Shown: positions 60,551 through 64,000 of the stretch, in pieces | How positions within the stretch are numbered: position 1 is the first letter of the stretch | Layout: each line of letters begins with the position of its first letter | From: Ardenticatenaceae bacterium | Lineage (GTDB): Bacteria > Chloroflexota > Anaerolineae > Promineifilales > Promineifilaceae | DNA length: 64,000 bases | Direction of reading: 5' to 3' | Assembly: GCA_020634565.1 (NCBI GenBank) | Contig: JACKBN010000020.1 | Location: forward strand, 885-64,884 | Made by a program: the position numbers and the translations under genes | Notes under the pieces: model-generated | What the model was told of the DNA's origin: nothing | The model's database searches: none | The model's input: only the letters and a program-made list of their open reading frames with translations

Positions 60551-60854
60551 ACTAACTCCTTGGAATCTTTTTTAGCGCAGAGTTACAGAGGTGCAGAGGT
60601 AAAAATGGGTGCTGCGTCTGTACCGCACCCGGAAATTTTACTATGAATGGCGGGGAAATGCAGGAGAACGGCCGTAATCCCAAAATTCCCTTTTAAGCAA
60701 CCGCCCCCTCACTTGTCATTTCGAGGTCCTCCGAGAAATCCCATTCAAAATTCACCTAAAGTTACCTTCATTAAGTAAGCCATTCTCAATTTCACTCCCA
60801 CCCCCAATCCTCACTTAAATCCTGCCATTTTGGGTTCATTCCACACGCGACGCC

Positions 60855-60917
60855 CTAAGTGCCGACGTAGAGGGTGCCGCTAAGGCTGCTCATGATGTAG
60901 AAGTAGTATTGTTTCAT
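60855..60917 (-). pseudogene. Remnant of a small GIY-YIG (UPF0213-type) nuclease gene
   Basis: The minus-strand translation MKQYYFYIMSSLSGTLYVGT* matches the characteristic N-terminus of small GIY-YIG proteins. Shifted frames downstream still read RRVW and NPKWQDL fragments. Confidence 0.45.
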
Positions 60918-61005
60918 GGTTTGGGTGGCAGTTGATTGGGATTTCTCCCGATGGTCGAAATGACAAGAGTGTGTTGTGTTGCTTTGAGTTTTTCGCTTAC
61001 CAAAA

Positions 61006-61033
61006 TCACCTTGTCACCCTGTCACCTTGTCAC
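61006..61033. repeat. Family C octamer tandem overlapping the stop of the ABC-2/GldG gene
   Basis: TCACCTTG TCACCCTG TCACCTTG TCAC. The TGA stop at 61030-61032 lies inside the last unit. Confidence 0.8.
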
Positions 61034-63120
61034 AAACGCTTCCGGCGCGAAACCCACACCCATACGCCCGCCAGTGCCAGCAGACCCGGCGTGAGGAAAA
61101 TGCTAACCAATTGCAGCAGCGTGAGCTGGCTTTGGGTGATGGTCACCTGTCGCGGGATCGATTCGCGGGCGGAGAGTTGAATCGAGACGACGTCATCCAC
61201 CAGCCAATTGGCAGCATTTTCAAAGAGGAAGCTATTGCCGCCCTGCTGAATGAAGCTGTTGCTTAGGAAATCGGTGTCGCCGAAGACGACGAGGCGGGCG
61301 CCGCTGGTGGTGTTGAGCGCGCTCAAGGCGACGGTCAGTTGGCCGGCAGCGTCTTCTGCGTCTGGGGAGACTTCACCGGCATTGATCATCTGCTCAAAGT
61401 TGGTTTCGCCCCAAGCCAGTTCGCTAGTGGTGATGAGATTTACGGCCGTTACATCCCCCGGTAGTTCTGTCGCAATGGAGCGGGCCACGTTGAAAATGGT
61501 GCCAAACTGCGCCAAATCCTGAGTGATGGGGCTGTCACCGTATTGTGCCCCGATGAACGTGAGGCCAATTGTTTGCCCCGCCTGCGCCAGCGAAGCGTCG
61601 ATAATCAAGTCATTGCGCAGAGTGATGCCCCAGCTATCTTGCAGCCAGGCCAGCAGTCCGTCATCTTCGGCAGCGATGCGACCTTCGGTATCGACTGCGT
61701 CGCGGGCCAGGAAGAGGGCGCCGCCGCTGTCTACGTAGCGGGTGAGGGCGTCCAGTTCGGCAGCGGCCAGCGGGGCTTGCTGATCAATCAAGAAAACGGC
61801 GCTGGCGTCGGCTGGAACCTCGCCTTCGGTGAACAAATTGAGCGATTGGATGGTGAAGCCGCTTTCTTGCAGGAGGGTAACGGCCGTTCCAATCCCCTCT
61901 TCGCTAAAATCTTGCCAATCCCGCTCGCCGTGCCCCGTGAGGAAGTAGGCGATTTTGACAGTGGGATTGAGCGTGCGCACCAGGGCGGTATGCAAATCCC
62001 GGTCGGTGAGGGTGGACGCTTTGGCGAAGCTGCCATCATCACGGGTAAAGACCAGCGTCCCAGCAAAAGAAAGATCATACTGCTCCGCCAGCAGCGGGTT
62101 TTCATTGGGATCGATAAACTCATAGCTGAGCTGGTCGCTGTACGCCTGCATCGTTTGCAGGGCGGCTTCCGCCTGGCTTTGCTGCAAGGCGGTTTCGGCC
62201 GTGTAAAAACCGATAACGTGAATAGGCTCGTCTAAACTTTGCAGCAGCGTGACGGTTTCTGGCAGCGGGGTGAGGGCGTTGTCGGCGGTGGTATCGTAGC
62301 GCCAGCCAGGGTTTTGGAAGGTGAAGACGTAGAGCAGGCCGAAAATGGCGATCGTTCCCGCCAATTTTGCCCAATCCAATGTGGCCAATCGCCCCCGCTT
62401 GCTTTTGAGGATGAGCGTGGTGGCTAGCAGGAAAACGGCCGTTATCGCCACAAAATAGAGCCCATCCTTTGCCAGCAGCACGCCGCGGAAAAAGTTGTCT
62501 TGGTGGTTGGCCAGAGAGAGTTCGGTTAGGAGGGTAACGGCCGTTTCGCCCACAGCAAACGCCTGGGCCACAATGGTGAGCAGATACAGCAGCAGCGTGA
62601 TGCCTAGCGCCACGATGAAGGCCACAATCTGGTTTTCCGTGAGCGCAGAGGCCAGCAGGCCAATGCCCAGCAGCGCTGCGCCGTAGAGCAGCACGCCCAG
62701 ATAGGCGGACCAAATCGGGCCAGGGTCAGGATTGCCAAAGATGAACAGAATGAGCGGAAACACAAAGGTGAGGGCGGCGGTAAGCGCGTAAAACAAGAAT
62801 CCCGCCAAAAATTTGCCCAGCACCAGTTCGCCATCTCGGATGGGTAGGGAGAGCAGCAGTTCCAGCGTGCCGCTGCGCTGCTCTTCGGCCAGCAGGCGCA
62901 TGGTGAGTGCAGGCGTGGCAAACAGATAAAGGAAGGTGAACAGTCCGAGCACGCTTTGTACGTCTAGCGGTAATACGCCGGGTTGGGTGGCATGAACGAA
63001 CAGCTCGGAGGCAAAAATGTAGCCGGTTAGCAGTAGTAGTACCACGCCAAAAACGTAGGCCAGCGGCTGGGCAAACAGGGCACCCAGTTCCCGCCGGGCA
63101 ATTTGCCAGACGTTATGCAT
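61030..63120 (-). CDS. Fused ABC-2 permease (GldF-like) plus GldG-like extracytoplasmic domain protein
   Basis: 696 aa. The N-terminal ~240 aa form a six-TM ABC-2 permease. A large soluble domain follows, of the ABC_transp_aux/GldG type, with a C-terminal TM anchor. Confidence 0.65.
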   Translation of the reverse strand: MHNVWQIARRELGALFAQPLAYVFGVVLLLLTGYIFASELFVHATQPGVLPLDVQSVLGLFTFLYLFATPALTMRLLAEEQRSGTLELLLSLPIRDGELVLGKFLAGFLFYALTAALTFVFPLILFIFGNPDPGPIWSAYLGVLLYGAALLGIGLLASALTENQIVAFIVALGITLLLYLLTIVAQAFAVGETAVTLLTELSLANHQDNFFRGVLLAKDGLYFVAITAVFLLATTLILKSKRGRLATLDWAKLAGTIAIFGLLYVFTFQNPGWRYDTTADNALTPLPETVTLLQSLDEPIHVIGFYTAETALQQSQAEAALQTMQAYSDQLSYEFIDPNENPLLAEQYDLSFAGTLVFTRDDGSFAKASTLTDRDLHTALVRTLNPTVKIAYFLTGHGERDWQDFSEEGIGTAVTLLQESGFTIQSLNLFTEGEVPADASAVFLIDQQAPLAAAELDALTRYVDSGGALFLARDAVDTEGRIAAEDDGLLAWLQDSWGITLRNDLIIDASLAQAGQTIGLTFIGAQYGDSPITQDLAQFGTIFNVARSIATELPGDVTAVNLITTSELAWGETNFEQMINAGEVSPDAEDAAGQLTVALSALNTTSGARLVVFGDTDFLSNSFIQQGGNSFLFENAANWLVDDVVSIQLSARESIPRQVTITQSQLTLLQLVSIFLTPGLLALAGVWVWVSRRKRL

Positions 63121-63177
63121 TGGTGGCCTCGCGGGGGATTTTTAACGCAAAGGCGCAAAGGCGCAGCGGTGGGGTGT

Positions 63178-64000
63178 TCATGAGGGCACCTTGTTTTCTT
63201 CGAAGGGAATGGGGGCGGTTTGGGCTTCCTTGAGCTTTTCCAGGAAGAGGGTTTCCAGACTGAGCCGGTTGGTTTTCAGTTCGAGTAGGCCCCAATTTTG
63301 AGACACGGCCGTTTCGGCCACCAGTTGTTTCGTTTCATCTCGGCCGTCGAAGCTGAGCAGGAATTGGTTGGGGGTGTCGGGATAAACGGCCGTTACGCCC
63401 GCAATGCTTTGCAAAATGTCGTAGCTGTTTTCGGCTGGATTGGCTAGCTGGAGGGTGAGCTGGCTGCTGCCCTGTTTGATTTGGCTCATGGGTAGGTCGG
63501 CCTGAATACGGCCGTTCATCAACAAAATCACCCGGTTGCATACTTGCTCTACCTCGGCCAGCAGGTGCGTGCTTAGCAGCACCGTGCGCTGGCGGCCCAC
63601 CGTGGCAATCAGTTGGCGAATGTCCACAATTTGCGCCGGGTCGAGGCCAATCGTTGGCTCATCGAGGATGAGTACATCTGGATCATGCAGCAGCGCTTGC
63701 GCCAGGCCGACACGCTGGCGCATCCCTTTAGACAGTTTGCCGATGAAGCTTTCGGCGCGGTCGAGCAAGCCGACCGCTTCCAGCACCTCGTCCACGCGGT
63801 CCCACACGTCGTCCAGCCGCCGCACCTGGCCGATAAAGTGCAGATAGCCTTCCACCGTCATCTCCGGGTAGAGGGGGACGGTTTCAGGCAGGTAGCCTAA
63901 ATGCCGTCGTGCCTGCAAACTGTCATTGACGGTGTGGTGTCCGGCGATAAATGCTTCGCCAGCGCTGGGCGGCAGATAGCCGGTGAGCAGGCGCATGGTG
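63178..64000 (-). CDS. ABC transporter ATP-binding protein (GldA-like); 5' end outside the window
   Basis: The frame is open to the window edge and the Walker A motif is missing. The signature LSKGMRQRVGLAQAL, Walker B LILDEPTIGLD and H-loop STHLL are present. Confidence 0.85.
   Translation of the reverse strand, partial: TMRLLTGYLPPSAGEAFIAGHHTVNDSLQARRHLGYLPETVPLYPEMTVEGYLHFIGQVRRLDDVWDRVDEVLEAVGLLDRAESFIGKLSKGMRQRVGLAQALLHDPDVLILDEPTIGLDPAQIVDIRQLIATVGRQRTVLLSTHLLAEVEQVCNRVILLMNGRIQADLPMSQIKQGSSQLTLQLANPAENSYDILQSIAGVTAVYPDTPNQFLLSFDGRDETKQLVAETAVSQNWGLLELKTNRLSLETLFLEKLKEAQTAPIPFEENKVPS

Noticed and set aside
60932-61180. 82-aa plus-strand ORF (MIGISPDGRNDKSVLCC...) in the spacer upstream of the ABC-2/GldG stop.
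   Set aside because: It starts inside the right inverted repeat of the GIY-YIG relic, runs through the octamer repeat, and then lies antisense to the ABC-2/GldG gene end. It has no coding-like features.

Overview
This is a gene-dense bacterial chromosome segment of moderate GC content. It holds about 50 protein genes, roughly 85% of them on the minus strand. I saw no rRNA, tRNA, CRISPR, transposase or integrase. (i) 681-15366 is a ~14.7 kb co-directional array of giant polytopic membrane proteins. It contains a TIGR03663-like GT-C protein fused to a six-bladed NHL propeller, a second GT-C-like protein, two tandem DUF2298/'Chlor_Arch_YYY' proteins and a triple-frameshifted GT39-like gene, with an ECF sigma/anti-sigma pair embedded. 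(ii) Housekeeping and regulatory genes include Crp/Fnr, AlaX, TsaD, SelA, MscL, Tex, several two-component systems, and a DnaE-family polymerase broken by one frameshift. (iii) A two-component system sits next to tandem HlyD adaptors and a MacB-type ABC exporter. (iv) A seven-gene carotenoid cluster runs crtB-crtI-cyclase-cruF-plsY-like-GT2-crtD-like. (v) A GldA/F/G-like ABC system lies at the right edge. The mix of families suggests a Chloroflexota-like organism, which is inference only. Three non-genic signals stand out. First, the palindrome ACGGCCGT occurs ~134 times by my manual count, about every 480 bp, in all reading frames and in spacers. It behaves like the cyanobacterial HIP1 highly iterated palindrome but has a different sequence. 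Second, several families of 7-9 nt stutter repeats arranged as inverted blocks fill intergenic gaps and also sit in frame inside genes. Third, a DUF3179 gene carries an in-frame TGA at the first Cys of its CxxC motif, making it a candidate selenoprotein, and selA is in the same window.
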